Part shown: positions 27,718-40,197 of the stretch, piece by piece
Layout: each line of letters starts with the position of its first letter
How positions within the stretch are numbered: position 1 is the stretch's first letter
Assembly (NCBI GenBank): GCA_964016885.1
Contig: OZ024740.1
Span: 299,088,001-299,152,000 of the forward strand
Source: Eledone cirrhosa
Lineage: Eukaryota
Direction of reading: 5' to 3'
Length of the DNA: 64,000 nucleotides
The notes under the pieces: generated by a model
The model's input: only the letters and a program-made list of their open reading frames with translations
What the model was told of the DNA's origin: nothing
Databases searched by the model: none
Translations under genes and position numbers: made by a program

Positions 27718-28435
27718 CGTTTCTGAATTTGTTTAGCAAGATTCTTTATCTGAAATCGTGTGTTGAAACCGATATTGTTATACTTTGGGAGGGTCATGTT
27801 GCCAATAAGAAACACACGCACCAGTTGCTTTCACTTCAATTTATTATAATAAATTTATAATAAATTTATAAATTTATAAATTTCTGGTTGGTTGGTTCCA
27901 CAACCAGATAGTTGTTTATATATAGTCATAGTTCTTTCGTCACACACTCTGTGACCTCTTCAGTGACTGGGGATTCCTTTCTTTGTTTCTGTGCCTCTCC
28001 TTTGTTCTGTCCTACGCCATTTTGTTTCTGTGTGTGTGTTGTGTGCTCAGTCTGCGCATGCGCCACATCCGGGTGTCTGTGTGTGTTTATGTTCATTTAT
28101 TTATTTGTTTATTTACATGTTAATGGTTGGTTGTTTGTTCTATGTGTGTGTGTGTTTTCATTTTGTCCTTAATTCTAAGTTGTGATGTTGCTGTTCCACT
28201 CATATTTTCTATTTAATTTTGGTTGTAATTCTTTTATGTTTATTGCCTCTGTAATTTGTCTAAACATTGCGTCTTTTCTGTATATAAACAACTATCTGGT
28301 TGTGGAACCAACCAACCAACCAGAAATTTATAAATTTATAAATTTATTATAAATTTATTATAATAAATTGAAGTGAAAGCAACTGGTGCGTGTGTTTCTT
28401 ATTGGCAACATGACCCTCCCAAAGTATAACAATAT
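27716..28435 (-). mobile_element. Non-coding Penelope-type (pLTR-like) element with hammerhead and ~150-bp inverted repeat
   Basis: 27772-27922 is the reverse complement of 28281-28435; hammerhead at 27924-27968; TA-microsatellite flanks; second copy at 53640-54025. Confidence 0.75.
27924..27968 (-). ncRNA. Minimal type I hammerhead ribozyme
   Basis: Minus strand AGUCA-CUGAAGA-G-GUCAC(AGAGUGU)GUGAC-GAAA-GAAC-UA-UGACU: 5-bp stem I, 5-bp stem II, minimal stem III, CUA cleavage triplet. Confidence 0.8.
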
Positions 28436-28768
28436 ATATATATACACAGTTCAAGAGTAAACCAATCTTAAATAGAGAGATGGAGATAGGAGGGGAGAGA
28501 TTGATGAAGGTATTAGAAGCCAAAAGCCTAAAGGCGTGTGCTCAATGTACAATATACAGTGGGAAGCAGCTAGAGAACTGGGTTTATGCAGAGATTAGGT
28601 GCACAGAGCTGGAAATATTCATTATTTAAGTAAATCAAGACCACAAAATTCACATGGAAGACGTTAGTTAAAGAGTGTCAACATTAGTTGCAGTTTAACG
28701 TAAAGAATAAAGAGGGTTAACATTAATTGCAGTTTAATGTAAGGAATAATAATAATAATAATAATGTC

Positions 28769-28892
28769 CGTTTACAATTGTTTCACTACTCCATATAATA
28801 TTTCTGGATCAATCGATTATTAGATCGTTATTGATCTGGTTCAGAGAAAGATAAGTAACTTAAGTTATATTATGGAGCAGCTCTTCAGAACG
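28769..28892 (-). ncRNA. Type I hammerhead ribozyme with large branched stem II
   Basis: Minus strand CGUU-CUGAAGA-GCUGCUCCAUA...(~75 nt)...UAUGGAGUAGU-GAAA-CAAUUG-UA-AACG. Palindromic stem III, GUA cleavage site between 28773 and 28772. Confidence 0.8.
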
Positions 28893-29279
28893 TCAGATAA
28901 GATAATGAAAATATTGATATAGATAAAATGGAATAAGAAATATAAAATAAAATAAAATAAAATAAGAGGGTTACGTGTCCGTAAAGATTACTCAGATTGG
29001 CAGTTCCCGAAAAGGGTCTTGGAGGGCTCAAATGTTTGCTATAAACAAGCATTACGCATCTGTCGAGGCTATAGTAAACAAAATCTGCTTATGCGTAACA
29101 AGATGGCTACTTTTAGGAAATTTATCTTATTCAGTAGAGACGGGTTAAATTCACAAACATTTTATAAATAAGCAAAGGAGCTTAAATGTAAGATAATGCA
29201 AGGGAGATAACTTATATGTGTTTAACTGTAGGGCTAAATACTTAACATGTTAGTTATATGTAAGGGCGAGATTAGAGGA

Positions 29280-30283
29280 CTAGGTTGGGTCGAATATTCT
29301 GTTAGCGAAGGAATTCGCCCTAGGATGGTGGCAGTTAATAACTAACTCATTTCTGTCGTTAATAGGTGGTGGGGGTGACATAGTTATGTGATAGGCCTCG
29401 GTAAGACAGAGATCGCAACAGTTTTTTCGTCCATTGAACGCTGGAGATCTAGCCAAGATACCCAGGTTAGTGAATGTTCAATGTTGGCTATTTTAAGGTT
29501 TTTAATGAGCCTAGCTAGAGATGTTGAGCATCTATTGCTAGGGTCGCGTAAGGAAAATGAGTGCGCATTATAGCTTACCTTAAAAGGGTTAGAGGTAGAG
29601 CCAATATAGGAGCTAGTATGTGATGTCGTTCTAACTGTGAACCTATATACTATATTGGGCGTAAGACATTGTCCGTTAAGTGGGCATGCAGTAGGGTAAC
29701 GGCAATTGCAATTACAGTTGCGATTAGTAAGAGTAGGGTTGTTTAAACTAGGCGGCTGGTGTGTACTAATAGGATTGGAGGGGGGAGATATGCTACTAGA
29801 ATAAGTATTGGTATGGTTGCGTAGTGTATTTATGGGGATGGTGGTACCACGGTGTGGGAGTTATATTTTTTTACTTCATGATGGTTGCTGAATGCGATGT
29901 GGCTAGCTAGGTTTGGTGTCGTGGAGAAGGAGATTTTAATATTGTTTTTATTAAAGAGTTTGTAATATCTATGGTTGGGGGGTGGTGGGTGGTGGTGGTG
30001 GTGGTGGGGGGGGGGGGGGGTTAGATAGGATGGAGAAGAAACGTTTAGGGATGTTAGTGGCTAAATTAGATGAGGTTGGGTGGTTAAGCCAGGTGATTTT
30101 TCTAGGCCTATTACTTCTAGGGTGTCTAGTAGAAATAACGGGGGCCTTAATAGGGTTATTATTACCGAGGCGTTTGCTATTAGTCATCCTATTATCTATT
30201 CCTTTTCTAGGGTTGATTCTGAGTCTGCTACTAGGAGTGGGAAGTAGGCCTCTGCCACTATTACGGGGGGACATGAAAGACAT
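29280..30283 (-). pseudogene. Penelope-like GIY-YIG endonuclease ORF without RT (disrupted)
   Basis: RKITWLNHPTSSNLATNIPKRF, KNNIKISFSTTPNLASHI, CNCNCRYPTACPLNGQCLTPNIVY, SYIGST (YIG at 29600-29608), CCDLCLTEAYHI, INDRNELVINCHH; stop at 29280-29282. Confidence 0.85.
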
Positions 30284-30660
30284 CTCGATTGCATGGAGAA
30301 CCGTGGAAATAATTATTATGATTAAACGATATACTAAATCGATTAAATGCTTACTAAATCGTAGACACATAAAAAGATAACACACACACACAAACACACG
30401 ACAGCCTCGGTTGAAGCAAGCAGAATTTTGGCTGCTTGCTAAACCGTAGACACATAAAAAAGATAGCACACAAACACACACTAGATAACACTACATGCGG
30501 CTTTGGCCGGGAGGGTCATTTAGAGGGAATTGGGGGGGGGGGGGGCAAGTCTGTAAGGCTGCACAGCCCCATTTTCCACCATGGCGATTGGACTGCATGC
30601 CCTGCTTTCTAGGTTACCCTTCGCCACTTATGTGTACCTGTTTTTTCCACACCAATTCGG

Positions 30661-30715
30661 ACTGCTTGAAGAGGTCACAGCCAATGATGGCTGTCACCGA
30701 AATATATATAGCAGT
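30661..30715 (+). ncRNA. Type I hammerhead ribozyme, C3U core variant
   Basis: ACUGC-UUGAAGA-GGUCACAGCCA(AUGA)UGGCUGUCACC-GAAA-UAUAUA-UA-GCAGU: 5-bp stem I, 11-bp stem II with one mismatch, palindromic stem III. Confidence 0.72.
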
Positions 30716-31051
30716 ATATCTATTTATAATAAACGAAGCCAAATTTTACATATTTGACTTAACTATTTTATATTACTCCGGAGTAAACAAACCAACCTGC
30801 CTACTTCGTCGAGTGCTCCAATCTGCATACTGAGGTGTCGGTAAACAACCAACATATACTCAAAATTTACATATATATATATATATATATACATATTTAC
30901 ATAAACGGAGAAAACTATTAGCGATACTCCGACCAATTTCCAACTCACTTAACAAACATTAGGAAATACCGGAGTATAATCCCAATTAAACTTTTGGGGT
31001 GCTAACTATATTGTATTGTGTGGATAATTGGCTGTATTATTTTATATGATT

Positions 31052-31262
31052 GGTGGATTGGCAGTATCGGTAGAGGGCCGGACACCATGCTTTGCAGCAA
31101 AGAGTTACGGCCCTTTATGGTCTATACTGACTAACTCTGTTCTCATATCGCCAAATTCAAATCCCGCCGAGGTTAACTTTACCTTTCACGGGGTCGATAA
31201 AATAAAGTACCAGTAATGCACTGGGTAATTGCTGGCCTTGTGCCAAAAGTAGAAACAATTAT
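31052..31262 (+). mobile_element. Abundant SINE, copy with ~30-nt insertion before the B box
   Basis: Conserved SINE blocks; the insertion ATACTGACTAACTCTGTTCTCATATCGCCAAA is also present at 36.9 kb. Confidence 0.85.
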
Positions 31263-31558
31263 TTCATATGAGATATATTAAATAACTCATTTCCCATACG
31301 AATCGTTTCATTATAAGATTTCTACATGGTGGGTGAAATTATACCAAGTTATGTAGAAGCATGTGTAAGATCAATGGATTCTTATGCAAGTGGGCTCTTA
31401 TAAATCTTCAGTGGGTGCCCAATAATATTAATATTAATAGTTAAATCAATATCAATATTTAACGATAATTCCCATCAGTGCTAGAAGGAACCGTTAGGTT
31501 GTAAGTCCAACAGTTCTAAAGAAAATTTCACACTCTCCCGAAAATGGGAGGAGGAGGC

Positions 31559-31592
<34 letters not shown>

Positions 31593-31937
31593 TAGGATCA
31601 GAGCTAACAAAGTGTTATAAAGAAATACAAAAGCAGCAATAGCAGCAACGTCAATACAATATGATGAGATGCATTCATAACCAAGTCTAGTGCAATTTCA
31701 ATTAACTTAATAAATTGAAATGTGAAATATACCGAAGTTACCTGAAAGCCAATGAAATGTTGTAAGTGTCACACGCCCACCATCATACACATGCAACGTT
31801 CTATCTTGAAATATGATGTATTAATGAGACCAATGCGTTCAGTAAAACGCAAAAATCTAATCAGGCGCAGGGGGCATAAAAATTCAGTTTATAATCAACA
31901 TATTATATAACAAATAAATGTATTTCTGATTGACATA

Positions 31938-32272
31938 TTCACGGGACCCAAATAAGGGAGGGGGGGATAAACGGAATTTTTCTAGGTTGTCTCCGTTGAT
32001 TTAAAAAAAAACAGAATTAGTCGTTTAGTTTACATATTGAGACCCTAATCCATTTTATTTATTTTATAACGTATGGGATTTCTAGTAATGTTCTTTTTTT
32101 TGTCGTGTATAATGTTTTTTAATGTTACAGAAAATTAATTGTCGCAGAAAGGCTACCACTTAAAATAAAATTTCGCCGGAGATAGATTAGCAAAATTTGA
32201 TAAGTGGTGTGTAGGAAAAAATCTGAAAAAATAATAAGCCAGAGGTGGACGATTATTCGAGACCCAATAGTA
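31938..32272 (+). mobile_element. MITE copy
   Basis: CGGGACCCAAATAAG ... GATTATTCGAGACCCAATAGTA termini; internal homology to the 23.3 and 40.3 kb copies. Confidence 0.75.
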
Positions 32273-33556
32273 CAAACCAGTGAGCAGAGCTGAACGAAAG
32301 AGAGAAAGAGAGAAAGAGAGAAAGAGAGAAAGAGAGAGACAGAGAGAGAGAGAGTATTTAGATGATAACTGAAATTACTAGATACAACAGCCAAATCTGA
32401 CAAAAATGTACCATACAACTTTAGAAAAGAGAAGGACTCATTGGATAACCTAGCTTTATAGATGCTTTACAGACGAGGTCTTGACTGCAACGGCTCTGAT
32501 TAAGAATCTGATAGTGAAAGAGTAAATCCAATCTTTGTACACATCGAGAATCTCATTGTCGCAAACTAGATTCCATTGAACTTATCTATGCTCTACATCT
32601 AACATAAAATACGCTGACAACGAGGATATGTAGATTGGAGCATTGCTGGATCTGGTAATCCTCGCTGTCAACCTGCTTCTCTTCTACGGCACGTCTTTCT
32701 TTCAGTCTTCACTTTACCGTTGCTGTCATATAAGTCGCGTCCAGCGTGGCATTTTCTCATCGAGAACAGACAGTTAGATGCATCAACCGTCCACGAGGAA
32801 CCATCAATATTACAGTTAATGTAAATTTGTTCCCATATATGTCACTTACCTAGAATAGTGTAAACTAATATCATTAATATAGTTGATATTGATTGTCGAG
32901 CAGACCGACTGACAGTTTCTAGTGAGCCTTTTAAGTATTTACTTATCTCTGTGTCGTCCTCTATAGACTAGTACCATCCTCACCAGAGCGAAGGTGTTGA
33001 TTTTGGCGAAATTTCAAATCATTAAAAAGAATATCCCGTCCCGTTCTCAACGTAAATTCGGTTCCACCGTTTTACTGACATCAGTTATTCTATCATCTCT
33101 CTCTGAAGTGCCTGTGAAAGATTGCCAACTCAATAAACATTTAAAAATCATTACCTTTCCAGATCATAAATGATTAAAACGAAAGCTGTCATAAAAAAGA
33201 AAATAATGCCTCCTCACTAAACCTGTCGTTTGAAAAGAGATTCACTTTTATTTATATATCTGTTCTTCCATACTTCCCACCACGGAATAGATTTCCATTA
33301 ACAAATGAAATATGATGGTAGAAAATTTTACCAACCAAACTATGTAGGAAGGCCAAGTAGTTTGGTTCCTTGATAATAATAAGTGAAATAAACAGTACAG
33401 ACAATAAGTGAGAAGAGGTTTTCGGTTGGATTCATTCACATACATATATATACACATACATACACACATAAATACAAACATACATACACATCCGTTCATA
33501 CATACATATATATATATACACATACATACATAGATACATACATACATTAAAAAATA

Positions 33557-33599
<43 letters not shown>

Positions 33600-33602
33600 C
33601 TA

Positions 33603-33637
<35 letters not shown>

Positions 33638-33697
33638 ATATATATATATTTATTTATTTATATATACACCCGTACATACATACATACATATATATAC

Positions 33698-33741
<44 letters not shown>

Positions 33742-33751
33742 TTATATATAG

Positions 33752-33782
<31 letters not shown>

Positions 33783-34465
33783 CATACATACACATACACA
33801 CACATACACACATACGCACGTACATACAAACATGATACCTATATACTTACACACTCACGTATGCACAGACAAATCTACAGAAAATGACATACACAGACAC
33901 ATTCATACACTTATACTTACATACACATGGATGCACTCACTCACAAATACTTACATATTTATATACATGCATACTCACATAAGGATGTGCTCAATTATTT
34001 ATACAGTGGTTCATATGAGATTTTTATTTCCCAGTAACCTGAGTGGTCAAAGCAATTTTGATCACCAGTAGCACAAACCGCACCACAGGGGTAAAAAATG
34101 AAAACATGAACGCCATGATATCCGAACTGATCACTCCCTCAAAATACTAACAAAAGTAGTCTTATATCACTAGGCTTTAGTGCTCTAGGGTGGTTACACA
34201 ACATTCTGGGTAAGCATATACGACCATACTTAAATATGGAATCTAAAAACTGAGAGTTTGTACTCCTAATTTACTAGAAACTGCAGCTAAATCTCCTTTA
34301 AGTCATAACATACCGTCTTAAAATAGAAAAAAAAACATTATACCCGATGAAAAGAAAAACAAAAAAAAAAAGACGCGATGGTCATAATTGGAAACCCTTT
34401 GAGTTTATATCTGCTGGATCAAGGCTGCAACAAAAATATCATCATCATCAACAACAGCAACAATA

Positions 34466-34740
34466 ATTGTTTCTACTTTAGGCACAAGGCCAGCAATTAC
34501 CCAGTGCATTACAACAGCAACAATAATGGTTTATGAATTAGGCAGAAAGCCAACGATTTTTTGGGGAAAGGAAGTTGATTAAATCGGCCTCAGTCCATTA
34601 CTAGTATTTTATATTATCGACCCTGTGAGGATGAAAGGCAAACCTGATCTCGGCGGGATTTGATCTCAGAATGTAAACCGTAACTATATACCGTAAAGCA
34701 TATTGTCCGACGCTTTGCCGATACTGCCAATTCCCCACGC
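34466..34740 (-). mobile_element. Abundant SINE (one short 3' fragment plus one decayed long copy)
   Basis: TTTCTACTTTAGGCACAAGGCCAGC and ATCGACCCTGTGAGGATGAAAGGC blocks. Confidence 0.75.
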
Positions 34741-35345
34741 TAGTTACGGATATATAATGAGACAATTTCATTAAACCCTATACTCCCCCAGAAACGCAAT
34801 TAATATGACAAATAATTATACTACTGTTAATATTATTCTTTTTTAGCCCTGGATCTGCATTCACAGCCGAAGCCCTCCTATCTTTTTGTATATTAGTGAC
34901 TGGGTTGTCCGGCTTCTACTTTCTTTTTTAAAAGACAGCAGATTATGATTTGAGGAAAATTTAATTGCTATTTCTACAAAGTCATTTGTCAGCATATCAG
35001 CTGTTGATATTGGCTATCGGCTGTTGATATTGGCTATCGGCTGTTGATATAGTTATTATTGTACGTTTGTCCTCCCATAAAACCCTTATCATAACACCAC
35101 ATGCATTTATTCACCTGGAAGGAAATAGACACGTAGGAACCGTACACTACCGGAATAAACTACTAACAATATTTTGTTTCTTCCTTCTACGTGTTTAGTC
35201 CAAATATTGCCGGAATATACTTTGAAGATTGTTTCTCTAGAGTCAATAATATAAACTATTAGCTAATAGCGTCGATGAGAGACAGTGACAGCCATGATAT
35301 TTTCTCGGAGACCCGCCACTATAAAAACATAAACAAACAAACAAA

Positions 35346-35620
35346 ATGGTTTTTGGAATAACGTTACTCAATAGAGTGCATAGCTCGGAGATCAGAGAGT
35401 CACTCCAGGTAGAGCCACTACTTCTCCGAATTGAGAGACAACAGTTCCAATACTATGTGCATGTGGTTAGAATGTCTCAGGAAAGAATCACTGGACATTT
35501 TTTACGGTCAAAACCAACCGGCAGGAGACCCAGGTGTAGACCCGGAGCAAGATGATAGGATAATATTCGTGAGCTTGGCTGGTCTCGCTTGAGCATCCAG
35601 CTGGATCATTTGGATTCAAT
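35346..35620 (+). pseudogene. RTE-clade LINE C-terminal fragment
   Basis: GITLLNRVHSSEIRESLQVEPLLLRIERQQFQYYVHVVRM...GRRPRCRP matches the RTE C-terminal LRWxGHVxRM...GxRPRGRP pattern. Confidence 0.8.
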
Positions 35621-35629
35621 TACCTTTTC

Positions 35630-36781
35630 TAGCTCATAGTTGTGCCCCTTATCGTCACATTCATATCCTCACTTCTGGAAGAGTTTCCAATCTATTATCT
35701 TTGTTACTTCATTGTGTTCATTTTACACAAGATTAAGCACTTGGCAACAATGTGTGCCACTGTTTTCTCGAACATTCCACACACCCTGCACATTGGCAAA
35801 ATTCCCTCCTTGTATATGTGGTTCCTAATTTGATCGGTTTTAATAACTTGATCTTGAGCAGCTATGATAGTACTTTCTGTTTCTTTCTTTCGACGTTCTT
35901 TTCTAAGCCAATCCCATGTATACTTGCTTCTCAGTTCTTTGGTTTCTTGTTCAACATGCTTTCTATTCCCGTAAAACTTCATGCATGTTTTGCATCTCTT
36001 CCTTACAGTTTTCTAACTTTCCTTTCTTTAATACCAGCTCCTTTTTTAATGCTTTGATCTGGCATTCCTTCTTTTCGATCCGTGTAATTAATCAGGATTT
36101 TCTTTTCCATGCTATCGCAGTCATCGACACCAATACACCAATAAGTACTCGACCTCTATCTCTCTTCTTCATGTACAACCTGTTCACACCTTCTTTTGGC
36201 CGATGGGCACCATCTATGGTTAGCAGTTTTCTAATTTTCCTATCCATTACTTGGAGCTACATTTTGGTCTAGTCTATAACACCAGATCCTTACCTTATCA
36301 CTGAAATAATTCTTGCATTAATTGCTATAAGCATGTTTTTACCATTTATTTTGCTCTTCAGAATTATCCAAATACTTCTGAAGTACTCAGTACTTATCAC
36401 CTCCTACATTTTTATGTGTTGTGTTTCACCCGCTTCATAAACAACCAAATATTTGTAACTGAAACGTTCTTCTATTGATCTGCTTTTCATTTGGCAGTTT
36501 AGTTCCTTTGTTCCTCATGAATATTCCTCTTTAAATGGTCAACAGAGGACATTTTGTCAATCCAAACTCCATTTAAATATCCTCTGAGAAAATGATAACA
36601 TTTGAGTTAAACTGTCCGATTGTTTATCATATTTGTCAAAAGTTTTCAAGTCAGCTATGAACAGCAAATCGTTCAACTTACCCTTCTCTCGGCCTGTATC
36701 ATAAGTAAATTTCACATTCTTCATCATCCATGAAAGAGGAATCGTTGCCAGTACAAATAGCAAAAGAGACATGCGATCCAT
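35630..36781 (-). pseudogene. Decayed R4/Dong-clade (RLE-type) non-LTR retrotransposon fragment
   Basis: DRMSLLLFVLATIPLS...DLLFIADLK (GDSLSPLLF..HLLFMDDLK-like RT); ETESTIIAAQDQVIKT...CRVCGMFEKTVAHIVAKC (CCHC preceding the RLE domain). Confidence 0.8.
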
Positions 36782-36882
36782 TTAAAAACTCCTGCGCCAA
36801 ATTGATTGGAACAGGGATCACGTCGTTGCCTCTTTCTTTCCCTTCAAGCTGTTCAAACAGTTGTTGTCAAACATGCGGTTCT

Positions 36883-37058
36883 GTCTATACTGACTAACTC
36901 TGTTCTCATATCGCCAAATTCAAATCCCACTGAGGTTAATTTTGCCTGTCATCCTTACGGGGTCGATAAATTAAAGCACCAGTAATGCACTGGGGCGATT
37001 TAATCCTCCCCCCTTCAAATTGCTGGCTTTGTGCCTAAAGTAGAAACAATTATTATTA
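36883..37058 (+). mobile_element. Abundant SINE, 3' part carrying the same ~30-nt insertion as at 31.1 kb
   Basis: GTCTATACTGACTAACTCTGTTCTCATATCGCCAAATTCAAATCCC identical to 31120-31165. Confidence 0.8.
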
Positions 37059-38874
37059 TTAAATGATTTCTAAGATATGATACTATATAAAATAAGTATA
37101 AAGTTGAACAATGTATCGTAATTAAGGCACTCTACTGCGGCTGACAGCATTACAATTTTATCGATCTCATAAAAAAGCTCTCTCTATCATATAAATTGGA
37201 TTAGTTGATGAGAGAATGAGGAAAAAACAATAATAAACTAAATATAAAATAAAACATTTATAACTTACAAGTTATTTCTACTAAATTTCTCAGTAGTTTG
37301 TTTATTCTTCAAAAGAGACAAGTTATATAAATTCTACATGTCTGTATGACAACTAGCGTGTATGTGAACAAGAAATATTATGATCTATTGAATAAGTAAA
37401 TTGAAACAAATCGAAATAAAACAAAATGTACCGAAGTAACTATAAATATAAAAGAAACGAATGACGAAGTGTGCCTTTGTATCAAGAGGTTCATACTCCT
37501 TCAAATTCACCTTCCTTCCTATCTACTCTGTCTGTGTCTCTTTCTCTAAATATACTTGACATATGTTTACTAACGAGCTAACGAGAGAAACTGTATGTGA
37601 TTAATCAAACTGCTAGAAATAGAAGCAAAATCTCTCCGTAACCATATTCCATAACCTTATAAAAGATAAATACATTCGATAATGTAATCATCGATGTATT
37701 ATGTCTGAGTTAAAAATGGAGCAGTCATGACTGGAACACGTATATACATATACAAATAATACATGAATACATGATGATTGTTTCGTCTTGTCAGATGATA
37801 GTCGTCTCAGTATCTGATGACAAGTATATGCAAGTTGATCAGTAATTACGTAAATGGCAGGTTTCACTTCTGAGTTTCCATCTCTTAGAAGAATGATGTA
37901 ACAACAAAGGGCTGACGAGTTCTGTCTACTCGGAGCAACTGCTTTTAAGGTACCAGTAATTCGTCTTTCGTTCTTTCTTTGTCAGTTCCAAAGATTTCCG
38001 CTTGGTGAAGGTCAGGATCTGGACATCGGTTAACTCTATATGAGTCGCAAGCAGTTTAGGGAATTTTAGTAGAGAGTATATTTTATGGCCTACTCACACC
38101 TCAGCAATAATAACATTAGCAGATACATACATACATACATGCATGCATACACACACACACATACACATACACTACACATATACATATATACACATACATA
38201 AATATATAGACACATACATGCATACATGCATACATGGATACACAGCGATACACATATATATACACAAACATAAATATATTGACACACACATGCATACATG
38301 CATACATGCATACATGGATGACCCCCCCCCCCCATACACACATACACACACATACACGTGCGATTTCTTTTGAAGTGTTGAATAATCAAAAGCCATATTG
38401 TGCTAATGAAGTGGTGATTGGTTTTTACTGCCATTTCTTTATTCAAAGCTAATCGATGATGTGGTGCCAGAAGGGATGTGGCATTACAACATATAAATAA
38501 AATTCTACGTAAACAGATCGAAGTAAGATTAGTAATCAACATTTGATTGGTTGACCCTCTTCTACCAAACGTAAAAAATGTATTCACGAACAACTGAAAG
38601 CTTCTTTTGAAATATGTAACCTGTTTTTACGAGTATGACAACATCATTATGTGGAAAATAATCTAATTTATCCAGTAGGTATTTCGAAATTCATCAATCA
38701 ATATCGATGTGTTTGCAGGAATTCATTAATTCCTATATAGTTTTCTCTCCAAATTACAAAAGGCTAAGGCATTTATTCCTCATTGAGAGACAAAGATCAC
38801 AGACCCAGAGCCATGAATGTAGTGGTGGGTGTGTTCTAAAATGGACCAATTGATTTTATGATTGTTAATATTTT

Positions 38875-39085
38875 TTTCTGATTTAGGCACAAGGCCAGCA
38901 ATTTTGAGGGAGGGGAAAGTCGATTAAATTGACCCCAGTGCGTTACTGGTACTTTATTTCATCGATCCCATAAGAATGAAGGACAAAGCTAACACCGGAG
39001 GGATTTGACTCAGAACATAAAGGGACGTAACTTTATCATAAATCATGTTGCCCGACGCTCTACCGCTACTGCCAAGCCAACACCC
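38875..39085 (-). mobile_element. Abundant SINE, long form, with TSD
   Basis: Conserved blocks; ATTGTTAATATT flanks both sides (38861, 39091). Confidence 0.8.
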
Positions 39086-39330
39086 TTATAATTGTTAATA
39101 TTAACATTCTTTAAGCTCCAGTTATGCTTATAAAGTTAGGTATTAAGGTGTTATTCTGAACTTCTGAATGTATACATACGGTACGAGAATCTTTTCATAA
39201 AAGGATATTCATTTAGCTCAATTCAGGTTTTTGTTTCACGTATTTGTAAAAGGATCATAGCACAATCAATTAGTACTTCACAATTATATATGCCGTTCAA
39301 GCCACATATATTAAAGTTGTTGCAATTACA

Positions 39331-39460
39331 TACTCTCGGGTCCCAAATAATAGGGGGGTGTGTTTGTGAGTGTGTGTGTGCATGTGGAGTAAGAACGAGG
39401 ATGGAAAAAATTGAATAAATTAATAAGCGGTGGGGGACGATTATTCGAGACCCGTAAGTA
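39331..39460 (+). mobile_element. Short MITE copy showing both terminal inverted repeats
   Basis: TACTCTCGGGTCCCAAATAAT ... ATTATTCGAGACCCGTAAGTA: imperfect ~21-bp TIRs bounded by TA. Confidence 0.8.
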
Positions 39461-39637
39461 GATGAGAATAGTTTTATGTGTTATATCTGATTCCCTTTCT
39501 ACAATCATTTGAATAACGTGCAACGTAAAACTCAACGTAATTATTAAACAATCTTTAGCTTCTCATGAAATATATAACCTTATCCGCGGGGCGCCCTTTT
39601 CTTTGTTTGTAAACAGAAATGTTTACCAGTTCACAAT

Positions 39638-39722
<85 letters not shown>

Positions 39723-40157
39723 CACACACACAAACAAACAAACACACACACACACGTATATATATATATATATATATATAGTAAAAAAGAAAAGAACAAT
39801 AGAAAATGCTAAAGAGATTTTCTTTCAGAATAACATCAAAACATTTATTTACAAAATAGGAATTTCCGCATTATTTGTACCAGTTTCAGCTTGTACACTT
39901 TTTTACACAACGGAAGTGTATAATGCAATTGAAATGCATTTTAATAAGAACAATAAGAATATGGGAAAAAAATTGTTTTTACATACATATATAGGGAGAA
40001 AAGTTGAAATTTTTGTCTGTAGTTTTTTCTTTCTCTCTTAGGGCTGACCTTAGCCATGTCACCATGAACAGTGGGAGTAGCAGGGAAGAAATCCTTTTAG
40101 CATTTTTTACTGTTTTTTTCTGTTTTACTATTTTTTATATGTATCAACCCGTGTGTC

Positions 40158-40197
<40 letters not shown>

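Noticed and set aside
37775-37945. CTGATGA and CTGACGA motifs with nearby hairpins
   Set aside because: GAAA and stems I/III are missing or out of order; cannot be folded as a hammerhead.
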